Of a stretch of DNA of 64,000 nt, positions 23,870 through 36,194 are shown one piece after another. The notes beneath the pieces are model-generated. The model was given only the letters and a program-made list of their open reading frames with translations, made no database searches and had not been told where the DNA came from. Within the stretch, counting starts at the first letter, position 1; each line of letters begins with the position of its first letter. The translations under genes and the position numbers were made by a program. This DNA is from Octopus sinensis. Its lineage: Eukaryota. Location: contig NC_043025.1 in the NCBI RefSeq assembly GCF_006345805.1, forward strand, positions 682,001 to 746,000. The letters are read 5' to 3'.

Positions 23870-26800
23870 AAAGGTAGTGGGTAGCGAACTTCTTCACTAC
23901 TTCTGGGAGTGACGACCCTGCCTGACACGCGTTCCGGGCTCAGCTGGCTCCGGCTGACAGTACCCGGTATGGGCCCCTATCCAGGGTTACGGAAAGGAGA
24001 CAACCTTCAAAGAAATCCGGAGTGGAGCCCCGAAGGCGGTCTAGTGTTCGACTCGACACTCTTCCGGCAGCTCCTGCAACCAAGCTGGTGCCAAACGTAA
24101 TGCACTGCACTCCTTTGGACTACATCAGCAAGGTCGAGAGAGGAAACCTGACGATTGGGTTACTCAGGACTTTCTTATCTATAGCCCAGGCCTGCGCAAA
24201 CCTGGAGAGGACACTTCAGTGCTGCTGTTAAAAGCTGCAGAAACAACACGGGAGGTAACAGTTACGAGTGATAAGTCTATTCAGATTGGCGTAAAATATG
24301 GGCGCTACGGGTTACCTCTGACGGTGGGAGGGACCTTCGTGTCCTATTGGTTAGCTACTGCCCACCTCAAGCTGGGCAGCCGCCAGTTAATAAGGTGCTG
24401 ACCCGCCACAGGTCGCCTGCTTCATTGGGTGCTTGAAGCTAAGAGTATGACTTGAAAAGCGGCCTGCAACCTCTGCACCAGGCAAACAACTAAAAGTCAA
24501 GAAAACACCAGTTGTGCGGTTGGCAAGCTGGAATGTGAGGACCATGTGCCCTGGAATATCTGATGATCTACTCAGGGTTGAAGACACAAGGAAAACGGCC
24601 ATCATTGACCGTGAACTAAAGAGGATCAACATAGATATTGCTGGGCTGCAGGAGACAAGTCTCCCCTCAAACGGCAAACTCAAAGAGCAGGATTTCACCT
24701 CCTTTTGGCAGGAAGCGATCCAGAAGAACCTCGTCAGCATGGCGTTGGCTTTGCAGTGAGAAACTCATTACTCTCCTCAATAGAACCACCATCAGGAGGC
24801 ACTGAGCGTATCCCCTCACTGCGCCTCTCGACTTCTTCTGGCTCAGTACATCTACTCAGCATGTCTGCTCCCACTCTCTACAGCTCAGAGGAGACCAAGT
24901 ACCAGTTCTACAAAGATCTCAACTGTGTCATAGAAAATATACCAACGACTGAAAATATCTAACCTCTGGGGGATTTTAACGCTCGCGTGGGATCTGACCA
25001 TGATTCGTGGCCCATTTGTGTTGGACACTTTGGTATTGGCAACATGAATGACAATGGTCAGAGACTACTCGAATTCTGCACATACCACAACCTGTGCATC
25101 ACAAACACATTCTTTACCAACAAGCCTTCCCACAAGGCATCTTGGAGACATCCAAGATCTCACCACTGGCATCAGCTGGATCTCATCATTACATGGAGAT
25201 CCTTTCTGAATTCTACTCTATTGACCCGCAGTTACCACAGCGCGGATTGTGACACAGACCACTCACTAATTTGAAGTAGGGTGAGGATTCTGCCTAAAAA
25301 AGTCCATCGCTTCAAGAAAGTGGGCCGACCACGCATTAACACTGCCAGAACCTCGGAACCTACACTGCGAAAATGTTTTGCTGCTTCTATCAAGGTTGCC
25401 CTCAGTAGCTGCCCAACCTCCTCTGCTGAAAGTAAGTAGAACTATATCAGGGAAGCTTTGTATACGACATCAATAGATACTTTCGGCATGAGAGAAAGGC
25501 AAAACCCAGATTGGTTCAATGCTGGGCTCTCAGAGCTGGAGCCAGTTATCGAAGCAAAGCGTGCAGCTCTGATGCAATACAAGAGTGATTCTTCTACAAA
25601 GTCCCTCGAAGAACTCAGAAAGACACGAAATAAACCCAACTGACAGCCAGACGCTGTGCAAATGGGTATTGGCAGGAAATCTGTCAGAGTATCCAGTCAG
25701 CTGCTGACAGTGGCGACACCTGTGGGATGTATGCCGGTTTGAAGAAGGCCCTCGGTCCATCCGCAACCAAGTCAGCCCCTCTGGAGATCTCATCAGGGAT
25801 CAAGGCAAGCAAATGGATAGATGGGTGGAGCACTACCAGGATCTCTACTCACGGGAGACTACAGTGGCTGAGTCTGCAGTCGAGAGTCTCAAGATCTTGC
25901 CAGTCATGTGCGAACTTGACAGTCCGCCATCTATAGCAGAGCTCATCAAGGCTGTTGACTCCCTAGCAAGAAACAAGGATCCGGGAAAAGACGGCATCCC
26001 CTCAGATATCGTCAAAGCCGGCAAAAACACCATCCTGCTTCGGCATCTTCATGAGCTTCTGTGTCAGTGCTGGGAAGAGGGTACAGTCCCTCAGGATATG
26101 CGGGATGCTAACATCATTACGCTTTACAAAAACAAAGGTGACCGTGGTGATTGTAACAATTACCGTGGTATATCTCTTCTAAGCACTGTTAGAAAGACCT
26201 TTGCCCGCGTTATCCTGGCAAGGCTACAACTATTTGCTTCTCGTATCTATCCGGAATCGCAGTGTGGCTTTAGAAGAAGCAGATCAACTATCGATATGAT
26301 ATTCTCCGTACGCCAACTTCAGGAGAAGTCCAGAGAGCAGAAAATGCCATTATATATGGCCTTCATTGATATAAAAAAGGCTTTTGACTCAGTAAGCAGA
26401 ACAGGCCTCTTCATCCTGCTCCAAAAAATCGGATGTCCACCAAAGCTGCTGAGGATCATCAAGTTTTTCCATGATGACATGCAAGGCACCTTACAGCACA
26501 ACGGTTCAACATCAGCCGCCTTCCAAATAAAAAACAAAGGGGTAAAGCAAGGTTGTGTCCTCGCTCCTACATTGTTTGGCATCTTCTTCTCGCTCTTACT
26601 CTCACAAGCCTTTCAGACATCAGATGATGGAGTGTTTCTGCACAGTAGAAGTGACGGGAAACTGTCCAATCTCTCGCGCTTGTGTGCCAAGACCAAAATC
26701 AGAAACGTCCTGATCAAGGAGATGCTATTTGCTGATGATGCCGCTCTGGTATCACACACAGAAGAAGCCCTCCAAAGGCTCATTGACTGTTTTGAGCAAG

Positions 26801-27718
26801 CATGTAACGACTTTGGCTTAGCTATCAGCCTTAAGAAGACCAACATCATGGGTCAGGCTACATCGGACATCCCAAACATACATATTGGAGACCACAGTTT
26901 ACCTATCTGGGCTCTACCGTCACCTACAACCTATCCCTTGATGCTGAGCTCAATATACGCATTGGAAAGGCAGCTGCTGCGATGGCCCAACTCTCCAAAC
27001 GGGCTTGGGACAACAATAAGCTGATGAAGACCACGAAAATGAAGATCTACCAGGCATGTGTACTCAGCACTCTACTGTATGGAAGTGAGACTTGAACGCT
27101 ATACACACGCCAAGAGCCTCACCTAAACATCTTTCACCTGCGCTGCCTCCGAAAAATCCTCCGCATCAAATGGCAGAATCATATCCCCAACAAAGATGTC
27201 CTCAGGCAAGCAGGAATACCAAGCATGTTTGCACTCCTCACACAAAGACGTATGAGATAGCTTGGGAATGTTAGCCGTATGAAAGATGGCAGAATCCCCA
27301 AGGACATACTCTACGGAGAGCTTGCTAGGGGTACTAGGTCTGTGGGTAGACCGATCTTACGTTACAAGGATGTTTGCAAAAGCGACATGAAGGCCTGCAA
27401 CATCAATATTAGCGGTTGGGAGGCAGTTGCCGCAACCGTGGAGAATGGCGACGTACGTAAAAGAGGGAATACAAAGGAGGACAGAGAGAGAGAGAGGAGA
27501 AATGGGAAAGAAAAGAAGAGACGTCAACAAGAAACTATGACATTACAACCAGCCAGGAACAGTCTTCGCTATATTTGCGGTACCTGCCAGAGGGAGTGTT
27601 TTTCCAGGAAAGGACTACACAGCCACAGCAGGAAATGTATCAGGATATGAAATATAAAAGCCGGACTGGACTATTTTATGCGCAACTCCATTGTCTCCGA
27701 GACAAAAGGATGCCAACC
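23870..27718 (+). mobile_element. Near full-length RTE-clade LINE, inactivated (APE endonuclease plus reverse transcriptase)
   Basis: LASWNVRT, GLQET, GDFNARVG and DCDTDHSL APE motifs; RT ORF 25813-27024 with YRGISLLS, QCGFR, GVKQGCVLAP and LFADD; C-terminal CxxC...HxxxC (CGTCQRECFSRKGLHSHSRKC); several stops and frameshifts; followed by (TA)n. Confidence 0.93.
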
Positions 27719-27743
27719 AACATATATATATATATATATATAT

Positions 27744-27781
<38 letters not shown>

Positions 27782-28336
27782 ATATATATATATAACAAAT
27801 TAAGGAACGTCCATAATAGGCCGTTACCCACTAGAAATAACAGCCAAGCTTCAACCGCAAAATAGTAGTAATTCCGTAAACCAGGAGAAAATTAAAAAAA
27901 AACATTTACCCTGTTACACTTTATACAATGCATTGTTTCATCGTTTTTGAATGGTAAATCAGCCTGATTAAATTAAATCAACCTAATCTTCCATACGCCA
28001 ACAGATTCATCAGTAAAGTAAGCCAGGAGGGAGAGATATTTACACGAGGCAGCACCACTACCGCTTCGGCAATATCTAACCTAAAATTTTTTGCTACCCT
28101 ATATTGATTATATATATATATATACATACACACACAGAAGGATAAGATCAATATTTAAATATCGATTTTATCAGGTGGCCAGCATGGGAATAAAAACCAT
28201 CAAAGGTAACAATTATTTAGAATTATAATATAGGGTAATAGCAGTCAAATCTTGACTCTAAAACCACATTAAATGTTCATATAGCACCAGGAGAGAAGAC
28301 GAAGAGACAAAATAGAATAGCAAACATTTCTGGATA

Positions 28337-28395
28337 ATTCCAGATCCCGGATTTCTGACTCTGCATAAGAAATGCTCTGACTTCATCAGTGGAAT
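28337..28395 (-). ncRNA. Minimal type I hammerhead-like motif, helix II degraded
   Basis: AUUCCA-CUGAUGA-(aguca gagcau uucuu augc agaguca)-GAAA-UCCGGG-AUC-UGGAAU; 6-bp helix I, AUC cleavage triplet. Confidence 0.55.
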
Positions 28396-28478
28396 ATACT
28401 CAGAAAAGCAAATAAATACAAATATATACATATACAACATACGATATACTTACATATACGAAAGTATTTATAATATAT

Positions 28479-28524
<46 letters not shown>

Positions 28525-28674
28525 GTATGTATATAGATATATATATATGAGCGTTTGTATATATAATCAAGGCGGCTATCAGCATTTTAAGACCAACAGG
28601 GAAATAATTCACAATCACTAAAGGTGACAAGAGTGCAGTGAGCACCAGCATTATTAGAAATATTAGTCATAGAC

Positions 28675-28878
28675 TATTTCGTTTTGGGATTTGGTTTGCA
28701 AGATTCTTTATATGAGTTCGTGTGTTGAAGCATATTCTGTTGTCTCTGGGGAGAGCCATTTTCTTTTTGTGCCTTATAATTCATCACACTCACCGTATTT
28801 CAACGTATTTCTTATTTTTATTTTCCTAAAACTTTTCGTTGAGTCTTGAAAACTTTTACCAGTGATTGTGTTAAATTA
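28675..28878. mobile_element. 204-bp insertion flanked by an 11-bp direct repeat (putative TSD tagtcatagac)
   Basis: tagtcatagac at 28664-28674 and 28879-28889. Confidence 0.55.
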
Positions 28879-29395
28879 TAGTCATAGACACCTTAGACAT
28901 AAAAAACACATGGTGCATTGACGGGGGGGGGGCAACATTCCCTACGGTAAGCCAGATGGATTAGATTAACATGGTAATTTCTTATAAGAAGTTAATACTC
29001 ATCAGCAATGCTCACTCCATTACGGCTGGTGGAGGTTAACTCCCGCCTGTCAATATCATTGAGAATGACATAAAAATGAGTGATTGATTTCACAAAATGG
29101 CAATGTGAAGATTATAAAATAATTAAGGTGGCTAACACGCAATTTAAAACCAACCAGGTAATTACCTATATATATATATAAAATGTGGATTTCTTACATG
29201 CTAAAGAGGGCAAGCCACGGTACTGGACGAATATGTTCTTAACACTAACTTTTAGTCACCCGCTTCTAGTTTTAGCCTCCTTCACTAATTCTGTTCTCAA
29301 CCATACTGAATGCGGTTATTTTACCTATGATGATCCAATCCTAAGCTATATTTGAATATAGAAATAATTGAAACAAAACAATTAATCTCTTTAAG

Positions 29396-29478
29396 TGTTC
29401 AAAGTCAACTGCGGCGCAATATCTCCCAAGTTTTGAACAAATTCCAGGCATTGCTCAACATGAATTTGCTTGATGAAA
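29396..29478 (+). CDS. Candidate penultimate coding exon (VQSQLRRNISQVLNKFQALLNMNLLDE)
   Basis: ctctttaag acceptor, GTAAGT donor, one open frame, phase-compatible with the next exon; no family recognised. Confidence 0.35.
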
Positions 29479-29768
29479 GTAAGTATCGTGTTTCTTCATT
29501 TTTCTAACACCATTACCGTCATAATTAGCTTCATCAATCACCATTACCATCCTCTTCGTCGTTGTCGTCATCATCAACCACAATGGATGATACCTTAGGA
29601 CACAGACTCCCTCCCTCTCTCTCATACATACAACTATTCTTTTACATTTTCTCAAAGCTTGGGTAATTTCAATAAATCAGCATTTTATTTTGCGCTTTTC
29701 CGTTTCTTGTCCCTACGGAACTGTTTGTCTAACCAAGGGCAAAAATGTTTTCTTCTAATTTTGTATAG

Positions 29769-29863
29769 AAGTAGAAGATGAAGACTCTACTGGGCAGAAT
29801 AATTCACACAATTCCAGTACTTTCTTTAATTCACTCAGGAAAATTATTCAACGTTGCAAATAA
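29769..29863 (+). CDS. Candidate terminal coding exon (KVEDEDSTGQNNSHNSSTFFNSLRKIIQRCK*)
   Basis: ttttcttctaattttgtatag acceptor; phase-1 join to the 29396-29478 exon is open to TAA at 29861-29863. Confidence 0.35.
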
Positions 29864-30319
29864 TTTTCCTCAGCGAAAATTCAGTTTGTTCGAAGTGATC
29901 ATATTAATTTTTGAATTAGGATCGATAGATACACACACAGCTCATACGCTTTAACTCATCTCTAAGAGATATAAAAGAGGAATAAATCACATCCCATTGC
30001 CGAACAATGATATAATTTTTTTCACTTCGTTTCCATTCATTTCATTTTACCACTGCAAAATCAATATAAATGAGGTTTATGCGCATCCGGTCATTATGTC
30101 TAAGTAGTGGTCAATATTGAGGAAATGCAACAATAGAGGCCGCGAAACAGACAATAGCATTTTTACGAGTCAAATCCCGTAACAAATTATATATTGCTCG
30201 GGAAAATGTAAAAATATATATACATATACACATACATATTTCGGGATGGTCATTTTATTTATTATTTAAAAAAAATATAAATGAATAAATATATGTGTGC
30301 ATATATATATTGTGTGCCC

Positions 30320-30600
30320 AGTACAACAGTGTTCGGGCAAACAGATCACATTGGCATAATTTGAAGAATGATGTCAAAGTAGTTTCTCATGGATTCAGAT
30401 CTACGTTTCGAGCATTGTCTTCTGTGAAATATACACGCTGGCCATTTTCAAGATGTGCAGATAGATTTTAGGAAAGTGTTCCTACATGTAAACAGGATGT
30501 GACCTTTGTGTTGACAGTGTGTTTGTCTCAAAGCAGAACCGTCCTTCCATCAGCGCTTGTCAATTGGCTGAAGTAACATGAAAGGCATCGTCATTCATGG
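30320..30600 (-). pseudogene. Helitron Rep/helicase remnant
   Basis: HLENGQRVYFTEDNARNVDLNP*ETTLTSFFKLCQCDLFARTLLY matches the conserved Helitron VHLENGQRVYF...TTLTAFFxLC segment. Confidence 0.8.
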
Positions 30601-30939
30601 TATATTCGTGAATAAGTCACAAACTGAAATACATTGATCTATTGTTTAGGGAAATATTATTTACTTGTTTAAGGGTTGTACTGGATACATAGCGAAAACA
30701 GCTCTAACAGTTCAAATAGTAAGAAATAAACATATATATATATATATATATATACAAATTCATACTATCCGGTAATTAATGTGCTTAAACTTTTATATTT
30801 TATGTTTTTTTCATTATGTTTCCAGGTTCAAGTACTGGTAATGGAACAGAGGATAGAACAGCAGAAACAAACTTTTGAGTGAAAATTGAAACAGAGCCTC
30901 CAAGAATCGTCTTTGATGATATTTTATGCTATAAAACGA

Positions 30940-31190
30940 TATTTTCTGCATATATAATACAAAAACATTTTCCCCATATATAATATAAAATAATATTTTC
31001 CCCATATATAATATGAAATAATATTTTCTCCATATATAATATGAAATTATATTTTCTTAATATATAATATGAAATAATATTTTCTTAATATATAATATGA
31101 AATAATATTTTCTCCATATATAATATGAAATTATATTTTCTGCATATATAATATAAAATTATATTTTCTCCATATATAATATAAAATATT
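30940..31190. repeat. AT-rich 28-bp minisatellite, about 9 copies
   Basis: Unit aatattttctccatatataatatgaaat. Confidence 0.9.
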
Positions 31191-31639
31191 TTGTCTTTGT
31201 AACGACACTATAATTGTACGTTTCAATACAACACTATGCATGCAAGAGACTGTATAATCCACCATAATGTAATTTAAACGAGTTTCAGGGCCTCACTATG
31301 GCTTGAAACAGAAAATATTGCCTGATTTGAAATTATATTGATATTCTATCTTCTTGCCAATTTAATGTTATCAATGTAAGCTTTAGAATTGTTAAATAAA
31401 GGATTAAATCTGATCTGTTGCTACCGTTCGTTTTCTAGATGAAATACTGTAATACCGCAGACTAAGATCAAATACCACCGGAAGAGGCATTGATTCCATT
31501 TGTTATTTTAAACATTCCACTAAAATGTTAAAACTTGCAAAATGTATCATGTTGATTAGATTTACGATCATTTATCTAATTAGTATTATCAGGTCATTCA
31601 ATTGTCATTGTTCAAGTAATCAACATTTCACAAACAGCT

Positions 31640-32800
31640 GGAATGGAAGCACTCTGTCGGTTACGACGACGAGGGTTCCGGTTGATCCGAATCAACGGAA
31701 CAGCTTGCTCGTGAAATTAACGTGTAAGTGGCTGAGCACTCCACAGACACGTATACTCTTAACGTAGTTCTCGGGGATATTCAGCGTGACACAGAGAGTG
31801 ACAAGGCCGGCCCTTTGAAATACAGGTACAACAGAAACAGGATGTAAGAGTGAGAGAAATTTGTGGTGAAAGAGTACAGCAACGATCACCACCACCCCTT
31901 GCATGAGCACTCTGTCGGTTACGACGACGAGGGTTCCGGTTGATCCGAATCAATGGAACAGCCTGCTCGTGAAATTAACGTGTAAGTGGCTGAGCACTCC
32001 ACAGACACGTGTACCCTTAACGTAGTTCTCGGAGATATTCAGCGTGACACAGAGAGTGACAAGGCCGGCCCCTTGAAATACAGGTACAACAGAAACAGGA
32101 AGTAAGAGTGAGAGAAAGTTGTGGTGAAAGAGTACAGCAGGGATCACCACCACCCCTTGCATGAGCACTCTGTCGGTTACGACGACGAGGGTTCCGGTTG
32201 ATCCGAATCAACGGAACAGCTTCCTCGTGAAATTAACGTGTAAGTGGCTGAGCACTCCACAGACACGTGTACCTTAACGTAGTTCTCGGGGATATTCAGC
32301 GTGACACAGAGAGTGACAAGGCCGGCCCTTTGAAATACAGGTACAACAGAAACAGGAAGTAAGAGTGAGAGAAATTTGTGGTGAAAGAGTACAGCAGGGA
32401 TCACCACCACCCCTTGCAGGAGCACTCTGTCGGTTACGACGACGAGGGTTCCGGTTGATCCGAATCAACAGAACAGCTTGCTCGTGAAATTAACGTGTCA
32501 GTGGCTGAGCACTCCACAGACACGTGTACCTTAACGTAGTTCTCGGGGATATTCAGCGTGACACAGAGAGTGACAAGGCCGGCCCCTTGAAATACAGGTA
32601 CAACAGAAACAGGAAGTAAGAGTGAGAGAAAGTTGTGGTGAAAGAGTACAGCAGGGATCACCACCATCCCCTGCCGGAGCCTCGTGGAGCTTTAGGTGTT
32701 TTCGCTCAATAAACACTCACAACGCCCGGTCTGGGAATCGAAACCGCGATCCAGCGACCGCGAGTCCGCTGCCCTAACCACTGGGCCATTGCGCCTCCAC
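31640..32800 (-). mobile_element. tRNA-headed SINE with a single head and four tandem 257-258-bp bodies
   Basis: Head at ~32725-32800 (minus: tggcccagtgg A-box, ggtttcgattcc B-box); body starts gcactctgtcgg at 31649, 31907, 32165 and 32422. Confidence 0.85.
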
Positions 32801-33426
32801 TCACAAACAGCTACATTCCAATCAAAGCACCGGACGTAGATTCGTCTTCTACACGTTCATGTCTACTTTCACTCCATCAATGTTACACTAACACGGGACT
32901 GCGCATGCCTCAATGTCTTCATTGAAGTAGTTTCTTAGTTATATTCTCTACATGATATTCAGGCCCATTAGGCCTCAGTCTCTCTCGGGATCCAACATAT
33001 TCCAACACCCGGGGATAGAAGACACCCCACTAAAAGAGATGCCAGTCTGTTGCAAGTTTAACCCTTGGTTGTTGCTGTTATTTCTTCTCAGATGACTGCA
33101 CTGGAAGTGTTTAAGGACACTTTAAGAAGCATGTGGAGAAATATAGTCCAATAGGGGATGCTAGAAATAACAGCCAAGTATGTTAAAGTTTGGTTTTGTG
33201 TTTCATATGAAAATGAAGGACACTTCGAAACTCTTCTCTCTCCTTCCTCATTCTGTATTAATACCTCATCCTTCCCCTCTTCCTTTCTCTAATACATGAT
33301 ATACTCCCTCTCTTATCACACACATCATACCCTCTCCTTCTCTCCTCCTCTCCCTCCCCCTCTGTCACTTATTTATGTTATTGTTTAACCCCGCCTCACT
33401 CATCCCTCGTTTTCTCTCAACTCTTA

Positions 33427-33526
33427 NNNNNNNNNNNNNNNNNNNNNNNNNNNNNNNNNNNNNNNNNNNNNNNNNNNNNNNNNNNNNNNNNNNNNNNNNN
33501 NNNNNNNNNNNNNNNNNNNNNNNNNN
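33427..33526. other. Assembly gap (100 N)
   Basis: Run of N. Confidence 1.
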
Positions 33527-33579
33527 AAAGAAAGTGATAGAAAGAGAGAGAGAGGGAGGGAGAAAGAAGAAAAAGAGGG

Positions 33580-33620
<41 letters not shown>

Positions 33621-33888
33621 TGTGATGCTATTAGCTACATAACCATGTACTAAGGATTTGGTGAGATTGATACATTTTAATTCCCTTCACTTACTCAGTA
33701 TACCCTCTTCTTCCGCGACATTAGCATTCCAGCAGAAATGGAGAAATGAAAATTATGTCACTGTCTGGTGTTGCATGTGTGTATGTATGTGTGTGTGTGT
33801 ATATGCGTAACTGCATGAGACTGTTTACATCCGCGTAACTGAAATTAACTTGAAATAATCTAAGTACTATTTTACAAATTGTGATATC

Positions 33889-33920
<32 letters not shown>

Positions 33921-34189
33921 TATATATATATATATAAACACGCACACACAGTTATCAGAATTATATAAACGTATATATTCATGTATTTGTATATATATAT
34001 ATATATATATAATTAGGTGAATGAATTATTCTAGCATGGAGAATTCGTTTAACCGATACCTGGGTAGCAAATTCACGTCGGAAAACACAGTTGAAGTGAC
34101 CTGTCAAGGGTAGAAACTCCGGGTTCTTGTGTGCAAATTTGTGTTATTTATATGAATAAATGAAAGAAAGGAGTCGAACGTGGTTTTTA

Positions 34190-34272
34190 CTCTCGACACA
34201 TGTTTCGAAGACGGCATAATTTTAATTCCGAAGGAATAAATGGTGCATTATGCCATCTTCTCATCAGGAAAG
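34190..34272 (-). ncRNA. Minimal type I hammerhead ribozyme (copy 1)
   Basis: CUUUC-CUGAUGA-GAAGAUGGCAUAAU...AUUAUGCCGUCUUC-GAAAC-AUGU-GUC-GAGAG: full core, 14-bp helix II, palindromic ACAUGU helix III, GUC cleavage site, 5-bp helix I. Confidence 0.8.
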
Positions 34273-34635
34273 ATTAAGAGCCTCTTTCAGCCACAAGACG
34301 AACACAATTTTTGATGATTGCCTACATGGTGACCACAGTGACAATGAGTGTTTTTTTAAAATACCGTTATAAGCAATGACTTCAGAAATGGTAGAAGGAG
34401 GGAGTAGCAAAAATAGGTAGGGGACAACAATGTATGCTGTATTTATGATGATGTGCGGGTGTGTGCTTGTGTTAATGATTGCGAGTGATTGTGTATGTGT
34501 ATGAGTGTGTATATAACTGCATTTGTGTCTGTGTGTGTATGTGTTATTGTGTGTGTGAGGTAGACAAACGTGAAATACACTTAGTAGTAAGGTGTGAAAT
34601 TTGTGTCTGTGTGTTTGATCGTGCGTGTTATAGAG

Positions 34636-34690
<55 letters not shown>

Positions 34691-35319
34691 CGTCAAAGAA
34701 ATTTAGTAGCTATGGAACATAAAATCGTTTAAAAGCGACATTAACCGGAAATGATTAAAATATTGTTATACGATCAGACGATAGATTTTTCATCTGTTAG
34801 AATCATCTCACTTTTGCTCGATAACTATTGATCATCGATCTCTTCCCAAATACAATGTCAAAAGCCAACATTAAAATTCATTGTTAGACCCTCCAGTGTT
34901 CACATTGTCATCCACCATTCTCTTCCTGAAGAATCTCTGAAGCTTAAGCTGGATGTGCTAGAAATAGCAGCCAAATATTTCCTCTGAGCAGACGATAGAT
35001 TCATTTAACGATAGTGTCACTTCAGAAAATCAAGTTATCAATAACGATAATATTTAAATGGTATATAATGATTGACATGGAAGCAAACGATACAAATTCA
35101 TTTAACAATAGTTCGTTTCAGAAAATTACGTTTGTGAATTAAAGTATATGATAGAAATTATAACAATTCTGAAGAGGAATTAAAGGTTTTAGCAGCTTTA
35201 AAGTTATGGGAAAAGAATTTTCGTTATCAAAGTAACAATATTTTATACGAAAGAAGGATGACAGGCGAGGATTTTGTGGTGTGAAGGGTCTTCAAGTGTA
35301 TACGTCCTGGTGTGTGTGT

Positions 35320-35358
<39 letters not shown>

Positions 35359-35414
35359 GCACTGAGATATATAACGACTATAATAATGGACACAATTATA
35401 TTCCAAACTTCTAT

Positions 35415-35830
35415 AGGCGCGGGAGTGGCTGTGTGGTAAATAGCTTGCTTACCAACCACATTGTTCCGGGTTCAGTCCCAATGCGTGGCACTCTGGGCGA
35501 GCGTCTTCTACTATAGCCTCGGCCGACTAAAGACTTGTGAGTGGATTTAGTAGACGGAAACTGAAAGAAGCCCGTTGTATATATGCATATATATATTTCT
35601 ATGTGTGTGTTTGTGTGTCAGTGTTTGTCCCGCTTCCCCCAACATCGCTTGACAACCGATGCTGGTGTGTTTATGTCCCTGTAAGTTAGCGGTTCGGCAA
35701 AAGAGACCGATAGAAGAAGTACTAGGCTTACATGAATAAGTCCTTGGGTCGATTTACTCGACAAAAGGCGGTGCTCCATCACGGCCACATTAAAATCACT
35801 GAAACAAGTAAAAGAGTAAAAAAGAGAGAG
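35415..35830 (+). mobile_element. tRNA-derived SINE (same family as 6252)
   Basis: Same head and body; array copies at 51654-52080 and 60890-61312. Confidence 0.8.
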
Positions 35831-36194
35831 AGAGAGCTCATCTGTACCCAAACCTTCAATAGTTTGATGTCCTATTTTCATAGGAGTGAGGGGAAGAGGG
35901 AGAGGAAAACATGCAGCGGCCTCTAAACTGTTTAACGTATTTGTATCTGAGAAAGTCTCCAGTATTCTTGATGCCTTCTGCAAAAAGTGAAAGATAAAAA
36001 AGGAAATTGAAAGAAAAACTAATTGTCTTCCAGTATCTGTGTGTGTGTCTGTGTGCGTGTGTGTGTGTGTCTGTGTGTGTTTGTGTGTGATGCAATGAGA
36101 TACATAACCATATCTATGAGTTTCTTTAATATAAAACTGAAGTGAATATTTATGATAATATTAAATGATAATATTAAATGACATAATTTCATTG

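Noticed and set aside
32725-32800. tRNA gene
   Set aside because: It has A/B boxes but no proper acceptor stem and continues into a SINE body; it is a tRNA-derived head
34952-34968. GCTAGAAATAGCA resembles the SpCas9 sgRNA scaffold
   Set aside because: The flanking GTTTTAGA and AGTTAAAATAAGG are absent; the motif belongs to a multi-copy endogenous repeat, so the match is coincidental
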